From the NCBI GenBank assembly GCA_011109175.1, contig RDEW01000070.1, positions 104,486 to 168,485 on the forward strand: 64,000 nucleotides of DNA, given 5' to 3'. Positions 12,731-27,129 of the stretch are shown one piece after another; within the stretch, counting starts at the first letter, position 1; each line of letters begins with the position of its first letter. Origin of the DNA: Dicyema japonicum (lineage: Eukaryota; Animalia; Dicyemida). The notes under the pieces were generated by a model, which was not told the DNA's origin, searched no databases, and saw only the letters and a program-made list of their open reading frames with translations. The position numbers and the translations under genes are program-made.

Positions 12731-13509
12731 TAACAGCATGCATTTATTACTACAATACGACCCTGGATTAGGATAGACGCCAGTTCACGCATTTTATGAG
12801 TTTTTTTAATCAGCATTTTGGCTGAGTAAAATGAAAACGAAAATTTTGGGGTACCGTAAATTGTGCGGCATCAATTTCTAATCTACATTTCGCGCCTAAC
12901 CACCTTGTTTCATTGCAGTCGTTTATGTCGATCGCCACGATAAATGCAAGTGGGTCACTGAAGTTGTCTAATATTATAATGCCAGGATACATCCTGTTGA
13001 ACTGGCGATTCGGTTTAACTGTGGCGATAGTAGAGGATCGGGTGAAAAGAAGTACCAAGTCTATGACTCTCTTTCTAAGAAGAGAAAGGTTTTTGAGGAA
13101 ATATAGAATTAGTTAAAATTCTACGACGCTCACTGAATTTGTGTACGACAAAAGACCATCCTACCAATGGTCTTGGACAAGGACCTCAAACAGATTGAGA
13201 AGCAAATCAGAGATGAAGAGGATTTAGATAGACCACTGAAGATTGCTTGTGGCCAGGAACATAAACGGTTTCTCGGTTGCACATGATTTGCCATGACCAC
13301 AACATTAGTGATAATATTGAGTGGCTTGAAGCACATGATGCTCATATATTGAATTTTTATTTCTGCCAAAAAATACAACTCCCTACATGTAACCGTTAGA
13401 TATGGGGATATTCGAGACCTTCAAAGATTATTATTCCAATTCCAAATCCTTAGTCAAATTCAGAATATTGAAAATTAATTTAAACAGTATATTTTAAATA
13501 AAATAATTA

Positions 13510-13760
13510 ATTATAACAAAATGAAATAAATAAATAAAAAATAATCTCAGTCGACATAATCGACGTTGCGTCTTCTCTAACGATTGCAACGTAGTTCAAC
13601 TGGAGAAGCCACTGGGTCTCACGTGTGTCGTGGATTTTGAGTGTAACCAGACGTACCAGCTTCTTGCAGAATCCAAGGGATTTCCCACTTATTCCTCCAG
13701 TGGTCTTAGCTACAATGGGACAGAACGTGAATCTGTCTAACAGCACTTCGTATTTTTTCC
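13510..13760 (-). mobile_element. CRE-like 3' remnant
   Basis: RFTFCPIVAKTTGG, RETQWL, AIVR.DATSIM matches the CRE C-terminus. A related short piece lies at ~59430-59485. Confidence 0.6.
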
Positions 13761-14654
13761 TTGACCTTATTAGCTATCCCGATCCCAACAATGTTGAATG
13801 GACAAAGGGCATTGATGAACGCAGAATATCAATAAGTTACAGAAAGATTGTAATTCCGACAGGCCGTTTTCCTTCTCCTCTGTCAAGGCAGACCGGTTCC
13901 AATATGGAAGGTAAAAATAGTTCATTTTAAAACTAATACTTTGTCAGGTAATCATGATTATTTAAGAAATCTAAAAATACGTATTTTTTCTGGCAGTTGA
14001 TTCGTATTTTTCGTTATTAAAAGTGAAACACAAAATAAAGTTTAAAGACCGCAGTCCTAACTGAGTGACTATTTCCTTCAGAATTGCACGGAAATCCATT
14101 TTTTTATTACTAGCAATATAGTCACTTTAATTATCACCCAATACAAGTGATTTCTGATAGATAATCTTCCAAGTTCTTTCTCTCTCATCACAGGAGAGAT
14201 TTAACTGAAGAAATAATATAAAAAATACAGTCGACACTCGCAAATTGGCCATTTTTGGTTTTTCAATTTTGTGGCCAATTTGAAAAAAATCAATAAATTT
14301 AAAAAACAGTGAACAAAGAATTTTTTAGAAAATGCCTTAAATTAAAAAACGAATTTATGTTTTATTAAAATAAAATTTAATTCCTAAATGTTTTTCTTTG
14401 CTTCGATAATTCCTGCTTTGTACTTTCTCATTAAAGAAATTAGAGAAACTTCATGTTCATTCTCAACATTGGTTAAGAGTTCCCTCCATTGCAGCTAATC
14501 TAACTAAAATATATTTTTTGTCTACGTGTCTTATTTTTTCCGATTCTTGTTCACTATTTTCTGAATATTCTGAATAATTTTCAATTCCATTAAATGCTGC
14601 CTTGGTAGGCATTATTCAGAAAACTACCTAGAAAATTGATTTTTCGAAAAAACG

Positions 14655-15300
14655 TGACTGGGATGATATTTACTCCAAGAATATCTTCGACGTGCTAAAG
14701 TCTGAGGCCAACCAGTATCGTCTTGTATGCCTCGTGTCCGCCGTCAACCATGGGAGCGAAGCGTGGCTGGATACACTCCCGTGTTTTTCCCTGGGGACTT
14801 TTTTGGACGATGACTGTATTCGGATTGGGATCGCACAGGGCCTGGGAGTTGATGTATGCGTCGAACGTCAATGTCGTTGTGGAGGATCGTCGATGCCAAA
14901 GGGCAGCATCCGCTTTCGTTCAAAAGAAGTGCAGGCAGAGCACCCCGCAACGCTGCTATGAACACTATCGTCATGCGTGCTCTTGAAGCTGCAGGATTCC
15001 CGGCAGTGCTAGAGTCCGTGGGATTGAACCTGCGGAGACGGGAAAAGACAGGATGGATTAACAATCTTTCAGTTCACTGAGGGAAAATCGCTCGTATGGG
15101 ACTGCACTGTTGTGAATTCTTTCTCGAACTCGATGATGCTCAACTCGGCTGGATCGGCAGCAGATCTGGCCGAGAAAATGGCCCATCGTAAGAAAGACGT
15201 GGTAAGGTCTGGCTGAGGCAACGAATTGGGATTGCAGTTGTCCTCGGAAACGCTTACTCCGTAATGTCAGCAGCCGCTCTTTCCCGTTATTGTTAATAAA
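14655..15300 (+). mobile_element. CRE element 3' part, frameshifted, with an internal deletion near 15180
   Basis: Collinear with the reverse complement of ~6970-7745 (WDDIYSKNIFDVLKSEANQ, SLGT.LDDDCIRIG, KSLVWDCT). Confidence 0.85.
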
Positions 15301-16533
15301 TAAATTTTATTTTTAAATAAAACGAGTTATTCTAAAAAATAATATTAATCTAATTAAGGTAATAAATTATCTAATGTCAAATCTGCGTGATTCAAACGGA
15401 TGCTGATTATCTCATCGAATAGTAATAAACGCCATATAATGAATTATTGAATGTTAATAGCGCACTAAGGTCTTCTGTGTTCAAACAATGAAAGGAACCG
15501 TATCATGTCTAAATTCGAGAGAAATATCTACATTTTTGGTAGAAGTGTTATAACCAATTATCAAAGGATTGGGATATTTGCTCCCACTTCGACTATGAAG
15601 AAATCGTGAGAAAATAGGAGTGGACAACTAAGAGACCTATTAAGTTTACTAACGTAGCGTATTTTAATTAGTTATTTAATTAAAATTTATTTTTTAATTT
15701 TTTTATAAATTTAAATTGACAAATAAAAGTTAAAGTTTTTGAGCAAAAATTATGTTTGAATGAGAAATAAACCAGCAACGTCTTGTATGTCTCGTAATCG
15801 TATTTTTCATTAAAAAAAGTAATTTTTAAGAAAATTAAAATTATACGGCCGATTAAGTTTTCAAAAAAATCAATTTTTTTTAAATTTAGTAAAGTTTGCT
15901 AATTAACATTTTTTGAAAAATTAGCAATTTTTGTACAGAAAAAATCACTAAAAGGAACTGTTACCTCAACACTTTAAGCACCTAAGGAAATTTACTGTTA
16001 TCCCCATTTTTTAAATATTCACAAATTATTAAGTCCTCCAATTTTAATGAATCCTAATTGGTTGCTAAATTAACTACTACGTACGCTAACTGCCTAACTT
16101 GAATAATCAATGACAAGTAACTTTTCCGTAAACTATTATCCAAACCATGGAAATCACTCCCCTCTTCTTAGAGAATTGAAAGTTCTTAGAATACTGCAAA
16201 CTTATTGTATGTGTCCTCATTCGAGTAATCCCCCCTTCTCTGATAAAATAGTCATTTTCTAAATTTATCAAATGCACAATCAGGTTGTACTTATATCTGA
16301 CGGTCAATACATACAATCATGATATTCGAATTTTATTAGTGCTGCTCGTATACAGAGACTTGTAGACTAGTTTTTATCAAATCGTACATTATAAGGGCAT
16401 AGCAGACATATTAATGTGTATGTGCTTTTAATGTCTTTTTAATTGAATTTTCAACAGCCATTAAGTCGCAGTGCGGGCCAAGCATCAATCACGTATGATT
16501 TATATATATTTTTGACGGACAAAAATCATTTCA

Positions 16534-17491
16534 ATGTCAGTTGTTCCATTATTTGATGGAGATGAACAAATGACGGGCGATCGCGTATTGAGGCACAATT
16601 TAGTCAAAAATGCCATTTTAAAGTTTACATAAATCTGTATTTTAGTCATCCCTTTTTTCCGCTACTTTTTTCGATTTTTCAAACCTGCGAGCTGGCTTTC
16701 AAATCTTCACTGCCAAACTCCGATGTGTGTTCAGTCAAATTATTGGACAATGAAATAAAAAACTACTTGCTAAAAGTACACCCCTTTATTTATGGCAGTT
16801 TAAAAACAACAATTATCACAAATCAAACTTCCAAGTCGATATCCTGGTATGTTCCATTAGTCTGACATTTATCAATACTGTTGTTATCATTAATAGATAA
16901 TCCAAGCATTGGACGTGCTAAGATGCCATTTGTTCGAATTACAAGAAGTTTAGTTGATTTTAAAAAAGCAGATCACAACCAAGGCACAGATCTTCTCCAA
17001 AAAATTTATCGAAGAAATCAATTATATAATGACTGAGCATTTCAGAGAACCAGATATGACCGTCCAGTCTGGGTTTAACCAATATCCTTCGCCAAAATTT
17101 GCCTGTGAATCCCAAAACCAGTCAAAGTCAAAGAAACGAGGAATATTTCCTAAAGAAGCCGTCGATAAACTCCGAGGATGGCTTTACCATCACATTGAGG
17201 TACCAGGTTGAATTTCTTGATAGCACGCATACCCAACCGAAGACCAGAAACGACACTTATCTATGGAAACTGGACTTTCAATCCTCCAAGTCAATAATTG
17301 GTTTAAATTTATTTTATTTTAGGTTCATAAACGCCAGACGAAGATATCTCCCACAAATTTTGCAACAACACCACAAACAACCCCAATACTATTCACCCGA
17401 GACTACTATACTTACCCCTACATGTATTATCCTAACCAATATAATAACTAATACTTTATTAAATAAATTTTACATAACTTTTTTTGACTAG
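16534..17491 (+). CDS. MEIS: TALE-class homeobox protein of the MEIS/homothorax-PKNOX group, 7 exons
   Basis: Introns 16623-16645, 16776-16798, 16847-16896, 16948-16971, 17200-17223 and 17301-17322 give the MEIS domain [20 protein letters not shown]...DVCS...[21 protein letters not shown] and the homeodomain KKRGIFPK...[42 protein letters not shown] vs PKNOX is uncertain. Confidence 0.88.
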
Positions 17492-17531
17492 CCATTTTTT
17501 AATCTCACTTTATTTAACCAACAATAAAAAG

Positions 17532-18340
17532 TTAATATTTAATAATCAACAACCTTCTGTTCGGCAGCCTCCTTAGGCAAGTTCGATTCTGGTTGCTGAA
17601 ACAACTCGAGAGCTCCTTGTCCAATTGCCTTTTATACTCCAGTGTCAGGCTCTCTAAGGTCTGCTTTAGTACAGTGGACTGTAGATAGGCCTGAAGCTTC
17701 CTATCTACCCCCAACTATTTCAGATAACCCTTGTGGTACTTTGTTGCAATTCCTTACTATTGGAATTGGAATAACGAGGACCTAGCAACCAAGCATCTGC
17801 CCCATCTCGTTTGCAAGAATGTCATACTTCCTCTTTTTCTCCACCTCGTTTGCAAGCAGATCTTGAGACATAATGCCAACCTCTATGATAAGGACTTGGC
17901 CAGACTCCTTATCGTGTACCACAATATCCGGTTTATTCTGCTTGACTAGCACCGAGGTACGGATAACACTGTCTACCTTAATTTGAACCCTGGTGTTCTC
18001 TACTACAGATTGCACCTTATGAGTCCGAATACCATACTTATTGCATAGTAGAAGATGAAGACTCCTTACTACCTCGTTATGCTTCCACACATACTCGTGT
18101 AGAGCATCGATCCGCACCAAGTGGCTAAATGATCAACCGACATGCTCCTTGACTTACAATGGGGACATGTATTTGTTGATCGACCCCAAAAAATATTGCG
18201 GTTTTGCATATACGTGTACAGCGCTCCAATCGAGTGAGTTGTCACCGTATTTTAGCCATATTGTCGACGACTTAAGGTCGACATGCGGGTTGTCCAATGC
18301 TCTGAAGAGGACCTTATGAAGGCTTTTTGACAAGCCTTAT
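17532..18340 (-). mobile_element. R4/Dong-like RLE non-LTR retrotransposon, 3' part
   Basis: CPHC..SMSVDHLAT, HNEVVRSLHLLLCNKYG, QNKPDIVV.DK, IIEVG, EKKRKYDILANE, AYLQSTVLKQTLE: zinc finger plus PD-(D/E)xK endonuclease. Confidence 0.75.
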
Positions 18341-18479
18341 TATTAATAAATTAAAATTAAATTATTAATTAAAAAAATTAAATTTCAAACCACAAATGGT
18401 AGAAATCCGTATGTATTAAATAGAAGGGATTTTAGCATTACTTGGCTTTTTTTTATTTAATTTTAATTATCACTAATTA

Positions 18480-19530
18480 ACGTCCGCTTCGACGAACTTG
18501 GTTGGAAACAATGCAAGCTTCCCTCTGGATTTGGGGGTGTCAGAATGAGATCGGCGCTGGAGGTTGCGTACCCGGCATACCTATCGTCTCTCTCAAGCTG
18601 CAGCCATTTGACACGGCAAGTCCTTCATAACACAATTGGACTTTGCTGGAATGAGTCATTTGACGAAGCTTGTCGGAAATGGAACGGGTCCGGACTCAAA
18701 ATCCCAGAAGACACAACGAAGCAAAGAAATTGGGATGACATTGTCTGCTCCAAAATTTTGGAAGACCTTAAAAAAGAAGCAAATCAACATCGTCTGGCTT
18801 GTTTGGTGTCAGCTTCAAGTCGAGGGAGTGGAGCATGGCTTGGTGCAATACCTTGCCCAAACTTAGGGACTCTTTTGGACGACGATTATTTGAGGATTGG
18901 AATCGGACAAAGGCTGGGACTAGACGTTTGCCAGGAGCACCGATGCCAAAGCGGGAAAATAGTCGATGCGAAGGGATTGCACCCGCTTTCATGCAGAAGA
19001 AACGTCGGAAGGGACCACGTCATGCCGCTCTGAACGATGTGATCGTGAGAGCTCTGAAGGTTACAGGCTTCCCATCACAACTTGAACCAATGGGTCTTGA
19101 TCAAGGAGATGGGAAGAGACCTGACGGGATGACCCTTTTCCCCTTCACGTCTGGAAGATCTTTGGTCTGGGACGCAACTTGCATAGACACGTTCTCAAGC
19201 ACGAACATTTTTAAATTTGTTCAGACACCTGGAGCAGCTGCTTCGACCGCGGAAAACCTAAAAATCAAGAAATATTCTTGCCTCGGAGATCGCTACCGAT
19301 TTACTCCTGTTGCGACCGAATCATCGGGAGCCGTTGGTCCAATGACGGCTGAATTCTTGCAAGAACTCGGAGAATTGCTTGCCAGAAAGAAAAGGGATCA
19401 ACGAGAAGGGTTATGGCTAAGACAAAAGATTGGAATAGCCATACTCCGAGGGAACTCGTTCGCAATCCACGCAGCAGGCTTCCTCAACTGACATTTGTTT
19501 AATTGTTAAAAAAATTTTTGTTAAAAAAAA
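18480..19530 (+). mobile_element. CRE element, second subfamily, 5'-truncated
   Basis: QCKLPSGFGG, GAWLGAIP, RHAALNDVI, KRPDG, WDATCIDTF, FTPVATESSG, LRQKIGIAILRGN. One frameshift near 19012 in a G run. Confidence 0.85.
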
Positions 19531-21581
19531 AAATTTTTAATTATTAAGGTTAGGACTTTTACTGTAGTAATTGGTCCTAGGTTTGATTCTCTTCGTTGCT
19601 ACTTGAACGAAGGTCTCTATTTTCTCTGTTCCTTATCTCCCATCGTTTTATTAAAGTGGCTTTATGTAACGCCCAGTGGCGGATAACACGAAAAAAGAAT
19701 CATTTGCTGTCTCCTACTTTATTAGAGGAGTTCCCGCAACTTAAAGATTGGATGTGTTCTGCTCTATTCGTTGGTACTGAATGAACTTGTATATGCTATT
19801 GGAAGGACTCTCTAATTCTGCGACCGGGAGAACAGAACACATCTAATCGGCTTTCAACTATCAACTTTCTCAATGAACCCGGAGCAGTTAGCTTAGTGAT
19901 TGATTGGTCAAGTTGATAGTGTATCTCTGGTGCACAGTGGCATAGCTCTAGTAGACTTAAGTCTTCATCCCCTCAAAGTGGATATAATCCATCATCTTCT
20001 TTTTAATAAAGAGACATCAGATACGACAATTTTCGGATGTTAAGAAACATCTGATGTACTAATGTCTGTCTGGGTTAGATTCCAAGTCGCCCAAATTGGA
20101 GGACCGTGATCTGTTTTTAAGGTTCATAAAGATTCACGTGAGACTAGATGGCTTTGAGAGCGTATCTCGATAGCTATCGTCAGAGCAAATAGCATGACCA
20201 TTCAAGCTCTTTTTTAACTCCTAATTGAAACCTGAAAACTCTTTTTAGGTAGCTTGTTGACTGATTTAACAAAAAAATATTATTTAAAACACGTCTTCAG
20301 AATAGTCATTTCGATCACTACGTGTCTTATTTTGGTCGTAGTTCTCATTTAAATTGGCAAACTTTACACTGTAAACTCCTTGAGAGGGCCTACGCGGTGC
20401 AGTTAGCCTTGTTCACAGGCAGCTGTCAAAAGTACAGATTGAAACATCTTTTATACAAATTATTAAATTTAAGTGTTGGTTGAGTGGTTGACTGGATCAA
20501 GTGAAACCCAACCTAGTCGGGGAACGCAAATGAGCTTTTAACTTACTGAGTGGATTAAACTTCTCTAATAATGTCTGTCTTCAACGTACTCTCAGTCTGT
20601 CTATTCTATCCCGTGGACGGCCACTATGATTTGCGGACGCAGGGGAAAGACATGGAGAATACTGATAGAACGGATAGTGAAGAGCAATAAACAAGTGGAA
20701 CCCTAAGGATTCATATGCTTATGGGTGACCCTGGAGTGCATTAAACTAACTAACGATATTTAAGTTTATTCTATTAATTTTCGCCATAATGCCTTAGGAT
20801 ATGCAATATTTGAACTCTCTCCTCTTTCGACCTCTTCTAACTTGGGGACCGGTTCCATGTGGTATTTAGCCCCGTATTTATATCATAATGATCATTTTGC
20901 ATAATTATGAGCCCACGTGAGGAATTATTTATGAAATTTATTTTAATATTAAGGTTTCTGCGTCAGATCATGGATTTCCCTATTCAAAGATCTGATGTGA
21001 GTTAACTGCCAGGTTATTAAAAAATTAAAAAAGTCATCTTTTGTGTAAATGTCGTAATAAAAAACTTCACAACAGTTATCTTAGAATTCAACAGATTGTG
21101 TTTTACAAACAGATTTTACAGGTAGTTAAGACGGTCTCGCTAAGACTATGATGTGCATCGGTCGATGAAAATCTAGCAATCTTACAACTGAGTCATCCCT
21201 TTGTATTATTTGAGAATAAATAATAATTTTATGTAAATTAACGTATATCTGAGAAGAGTATGAAGGAGTCTAACTGACCGAACGCGGAAGTGAACCCAGA
21301 ACAAGTTAATGTAACGCTCAATCAGTTTAAGTGTTTAACTCTATTAAACTCCTATTGATATTCAATTGAAAAATTACAAGTAAATTTTCTCGAATCCGCC
21401 ATTTATGACATTGGCCGTCTTTTGAGTGAGTGAAATCAATGATGTCATTAAAGTGAATGGAGGGAAAATAGAATCATTGAGGTGCAGAAAAAAAATTTTA
21501 AAATTAAATAAATATATAAATTTTAATTATAAATAATTTTAAATATTGATAAAATTATACTATTCAAATTTCGTTTCAGTG

Positions 21582-22182
21582 ATGTCTTCTAAGCGAAGAA
21601 GATTTTCCAAAAATGCGACCAAATCTGACGAATCTCTACAAATAGATGAGTAATAAAAATATATTAAATTTTACAGTACTCCTTGAATATCAGCAATATA
21701 AGTAATTACTTCATGTGTCCAATTTGTCTGGAAATCTTAACAGATCCCAAACGTTGTCCATGTGGACATTCATTTTGCCATGTGGTTTGCTGTTTTAATA
21801 ATTAAGTGTATCACCAATTGGCTCAAAGCTAACAAATCTTGCCCAGTTGATCGGTAAGTTATCCTTTTCACTTTGTAGGCTCAAAGTCATGCCTTCCAGT
21901 CTTCACAGGGACTTCATATTGGAGAATATAATAAAAGAACAGAAAGTTATGTGCCCTTACTGCAAGAAGACAGCTAATCCCTATGAGATAAAGGCCCACG
22001 TGATTAAATGTGACATGTCCGTGGAGAATCTACCAGATTTTTTGAAGGATGAAGGTTTGACTGGGTACAATTTAGATCCTGTGGACCAACCTTCCCTTAA
22101 AATGCGTCTGTATAGTAATATGGATCTACGTGGCTCTATGGTCGATTTTTTTAAATATTCAGAAGATCACTTTGATATATGA
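21582..22182 (+). CDS. C3HC4 RING-finger E3 ligase-like protein with a second (TRAF/C2HC-type) zinc finger, 4 exons
   Basis: Introns 21650-21693, 21782-21806 and 21854-21878 give CPICLEILTDPKRCPCGHSFCH-CITNWLKANKSCPVDR-LKV...CPYC...IKAHVIKC, stop at 22180-22182. Confidence 0.8.
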
Positions 22183-25100
22183 TTTTTACTATTTTGTAAA
22201 ATACTAAATTTATGTGTCTGTCTGAAATGTTGATTTCTTGCTTCTTTTTTTCTTATCAACAGCACTTTAACGAGAGTGAAATGATATTAACAAAATTTAT
22301 TAGCATATTAGTAATATATTAGCATAAAACAGCATAGTTGATTTATTGGTGTATTATTAAGCACTTTTGTCATAGAATTTGTAGCCCACCATGTGCAGCT
22401 AAAGATTTGAATTTTATTGTCAGTGTCTTTCTTATACGCTCTCGGTTGCTAGTCAGGGATTTCACTGAGTTTTGGTCGTTCATTGCTTTCAACTTTTTCC
22501 AATGATTTTGAATCATTATTTAGTATGACTGGCAGAGATAATCTTGGCAATCCATGAAAGAAGGCCTCTTGACAAACACAATGGCCTTTTATGACTATTT
22601 TTGCTCGAAAGGTCGTGTCCGTTTCAAGATATGTCCAAACAGTTTTCAGCGAATTGTACATCAAAAGATTTATTAGCATAAATAGCTAAGTAGCAATTCA
22701 TTATCATCGGATCCTCGAAATCGTTAAATTTTGTGTGGATGAGCTCATCCAACACTTCATTTGTTCAGAACTTTGAGTTTCCAACGTCTCATGAATTTAT
22801 CACCTCGTTCACACATACGAGAAAAAGGAAACAAGGGTTTCATCCATTATGAAGCCAAGTAGACATTTCGTGAATTAAATTACTAGACACTTGCACATGG
22901 TCTAGCTCCTGCGGAAAACTTATCGCGAGGTTTGATTATTTGACAAACGACGTTGAATCTCTTCTGGGACCTTCACAGCTCAGAGGCATGTGTTTTCAAA
23001 TCAGTTAACCGATTGCTATGCTGTTCTGCTGATTCTTCATCCCGCATGTTCTTAGAAGACTTGAAATAAGTATTTTATTGTTGCATTTGTAAGAAGTTTA
23101 AATAAGCAGCGTAAAAAATCAAATTTTGATTGGGGGTCTCTTTATCCCCCATCTCTGGGATTCTGGGATCTTGTATTAGTTCCTAGAAATGATTAAGATG
23201 AAAGTTTTTGAAATTAGCATTGAAGGTCACGCCATTTGACAGGATGATATTGATCGAAATTTTCAGAAATTCAAATTCTTCATATCTGGTTCACTCACTT
23301 TGTCGGCAATGTTTTTATTTGTTCAAAACTTTTTTTATATTAAAATCCGTCCATTTATAGCGAGTTATCGTGGCACATACAACATTGTGCTTTAATAAGC
23401 ATAGATTGAACTAGAAACCACCATCATAGCAAGAATGAAAAAATTCAGGTGATCAGGCCTCTCCCAGTAGTCTTTGCAAGCTCGGACTTGAAGTAAGTGT
23501 CGTCAGGGGAACTCCTCTAATGGTTGTTGACTAGAGGTACGTCGACACTTCCACATTCCCACAAATAAACTACTTTGTTAGCCGATGAATATTCAAATTT
23601 TAATTATTTTGAATTTGCAACATTTTGTAGGTTCGTAGGAATCAATGAAAATATGCAACGAAATTAAAACTTGAAAAGATTTAGGAAATTCGATTTGTAA
23701 TATGAGAGATTTAGTACTAACAGTAAGAAATTTTTTATTGAAATGGTAATTAGTAAGTATCTCTCGTAAGTGAGCGCATTCACTCTTAGAATTTGTATGT
23801 AAACGCGCTCAATCAGCCATTTTTGTTATTATCGATCCGATGGCACGTATCAATTCAGAAATTTGTTAACTCTTTTTTTGCAGATATTAATATTTTTTTG
23901 AAAATGGAAACAACGACATTCCTGACAAATCTTGAATTCATCTTCCAAGAAAAGTATCTATTGCGGCAGACCATGGTCATCTAAGGCGTAGTGGATAACA
24001 TGACTGTAGCATGGTTTCTGAATCGTACCGTAATAGATATTATGATTTTGTAGACGACTTTTTTCTCCAAATTCCCAACCGCCCCAGCGGTTTCTAAAAA
24101 AATTTAGACAAAGCGGAAAAGATCTTCAAGAACGGAATATTTTTCACCATCTATAGTCCTAAAATTAAAATTTTTACCCCCCAGATTTAAATATATTCAA
24201 ATAAATTAAATTTAAATTTTTTTCCGAAAATTCATTGATTTTTTACTTTCTTCTACAATGTTAATTGCATTTAATAGTTGTATTGGGGAAAATTCTTCAT
24301 CAGTCTCTGTATTTCTCGTCGACATTATAATCTCCACAAGAAGGGTGCCGATTTCGTTCTCGTCGAGCATTTTTGTTTGAGTTATCTCATCTTCATTAGC
24401 AAGTTCTTTAGTTTTTTTGGCACATATTCAAAACAGAATTTTGTATGATATTTTCATTAGAAAATGAATCAAGAAATTTAATTGCCCCTGCCTTTTGAAA
24501 CATTTTTTATTGTGTATTCTTTCACTTAATGCGTGAGATACCTAATGGTGGTTGTTCTGTAATTTTCATGATATGCGGAGCTAATACCAAGGCTCAGTGA
24601 AAAGGCTGTTATTATTATTATACCTAATGGTGGCTTTCAATAAATTCACAAAAAAATCTTTTTCAAATCAAGGTCAAAAAATTCTTTTTCCAAATTATTC
24701 AAATCTTGTATTAATCGGTTAGCTTCTTTGTGAAGAACTTTTAGTTCAGGAATAAATCTCCCTTTAAATATGTGTATTCAACATGATTGATTCCTAGCTT
24801 TCATCAAATACCTTAGCTTTTGAAATGATGATATCTTCAGTAATAAAAACTATTGATTTCATCGATCCTTGAAATCCATTTAACAAGTGAATTCTCAATT
24901 TGATGTTGTTTACTAGTCTTGAATTGTTATTCGTAATTTTACAGTCTTCCCGTTTTTCATGGTTTTTAAGAATTTCTGAGTGTCGAAATTCCCAATAAAG
25001 GATCATTTTTATTTTACAGATATGGGTGAATTTTCTGAGAGTCATTTTTGATGTATTTTTTTATTTTACAGATCTTTTTTTCTGTGCAAGATATTTCGGT

Positions 25101-25509
25101 CCCTTTTCTAACCATGTGGTACTGTTATATTTTAAACTTAAAATTTTAATTTAATTTCATCTAATATCAATTCGTCTAATTAACAATTCGTCTAAATCTT
25201 CATGTTTGTCTATTAACAATTCGCTAATTTGCACGTTCGATCTATTTAAATCCAAAGTTTTATCTCATTTTTACTGAAATTACCAATTAAGACCTACTTA
25301 ATTAATCTAAATGCGTAAATGTATTATTTATAACTGTAAAATAAAATACCATAAAACAACAACATAAAAAGAATTCTTGAAAATTTTAAATTTGACAATA
25401 TAAATGAATATCTTAGAGGAATAGCTCACAATATTTCTTTTTGAATATCTGTAATAAAATGATTTAATTGTTTTTGACAAACATGACGATTTAGACGAAT
25501 TGTTTTAGA

Positions 25510-25780
25510 TGATTTTTCTGGTTACCCGACCGGACAGAGTAACAATCTTTCCATTCGAAGAAGGATTAATTTGAGATGCAACATGTGTCGACTCTGTCTC
25601 CTACCAACATCATCGGGAGCGCGGTATAGAAAAAAGCTAAAGAAAAAAAGTATATATGATATTTTCCTCGCGATTACTGTCGAGAAAACGGGAACGACAA
25701 GCAGCATCATCCTTAAGAAACTTGGACGTACGTATTGCCTCCTTCAAAAGTCATGATACCGCGTAACGTATTGGCTCATC
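25510..25780 (+). mobile_element. Highly decayed CRE-like remnant
   Basis: RPDRVTIFPFEEGLI*DATCVDSVS matches the RPDG..FPF..G..L.WDAT motif. Confidence 0.55.
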
Positions 25781-26049
25781 CATTTAGTCTATAAAGCCGT
25801 CTTAATGAGAATCGCCGAATTAATAAAGTTGACTGGAATTAAATAATCACTCGTTTACAATACGAAGTGGCGGACTCAAGTAAAATCGGAAACCCGAAGT
25901 AAGGAACTAACAACAACGTTATCCTTCGCTATGAATATTAAGTTATTTGATGGTCTTGAGAATTTTTGCTAATTTATATTTTAACTTTTAATCAAAAAAA
26001 TTATAAATTAAATTTAAATAATTTTAAATTTAATAATAGGTCAAATTAA

Positions 26050-26620
26050 TAATGCTTCAATGTTTAGTGAAATCTGTTATAATTATTATATCTATCAGAA
26101 AAATTACAGAACTTCAATTAAAATCAGTGCAAAACAACGACGGGGATGAGCCAATGTGGATTCTGTACATCGTGGATAATGTTTTTGCAGTTCTTAGCGA
26201 CAAAATTAGTTTATCATTTATAGAAAATTATAAAGTATTCGTAGACATATAACGATAGATCACTACTCATAAGTTTGTGACAGCAGAGTTATCCATATTG
26301 AAGAGATGGAATGGAGGAATCACTGTCTGTTTGAAGAGCGGCGAAAATTTTCTTTATATCAGCACTAACTTGGTGGGCAATGCATTCCACATATTTCAGA
26401 TAAGCATACAATTTAAAACCGACAAGAGTAGTGTTGTAGTATTATTTAGTTCGAATTGTAACGCATACACCGGTTAACATGACTTCTGAAATTGAGAATT
26501 ATTGTAGCTGTGGCAAGCAAATCTTTGATTTTCAGGATAATACTAGCGTTGAAATTACTAAATTGAAAGTACAGTTTTTCCGCAAAGACAAAATTCCAAA
26601 TTTTATCGGAATAAGTATTT
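26050..26620 (+). CDS. Possible spliced WD40/BCAS3-like gene fragment
   Basis: ISTNLVGNAFHIFQI resembles the BCAS3/PROPPIN segment T...GH.FH.FQI. Micro-intron-like GT..AG stretches are present, but I could not build a full model. Confidence 0.3.
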
Positions 26621-27129
26621 TATTTAGTAACAATTAATAGACAGGGACTGCTGCACTCAAACTCGAATGAGCTAAAATCTGATTAAACATTTTTTGTGTT
26701 GGTAAAATAGCCTTATTATAATTTTTTGAGAAAGTTATGAATTTTCTAGAAATAAAATTATTTCGAGGAGAAGGAGGAACACCAGTTCCCCCGGTGGGAG
26801 TGTGACGCATTATTACGATGAGATGGAGGAACTCCAGTTCTTCCAATGAGAGTGGACGCGTTATTGGAACCTCTTTTGCAGGAGTGACGAAGATTGGAAT
26901 CCTTTTAGAAACCTTCTCGGATTTAGACATCTCCTGTGTTTGATGTATCCAATGACGCTTTTAGAAATTGAAGAAACCAAAGAGGGAAAGGAAAGCATTC
27001 GATCAAGTAAGTAGTTGTATGGGAATGGAACCCCTAGCTAAATTCGACATGAGGGACAGCAGCACTAACCACCATGCTACCTGATCTAGGAACTCCCAAT
27101 AGCACAAATAATTATTTTTGATTTATCAT

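Noticed and set aside
20085-20110. 2A-like peptide (GDLESNPD) on the minus strand
   Set aside because: It lacks the essential NPGP, and homologous positions in other remnants read GDL/GDH within the LINE C-terminal region.
21560-21584. Pyrimidine-rich AG just before the ATG of the RING gene (also before WBP2), suggesting trans-splicing
   Set aside because: Seen in only two genes and expected by chance or from 5' UTR introns in AT-rich DNA. No SL RNA was found.
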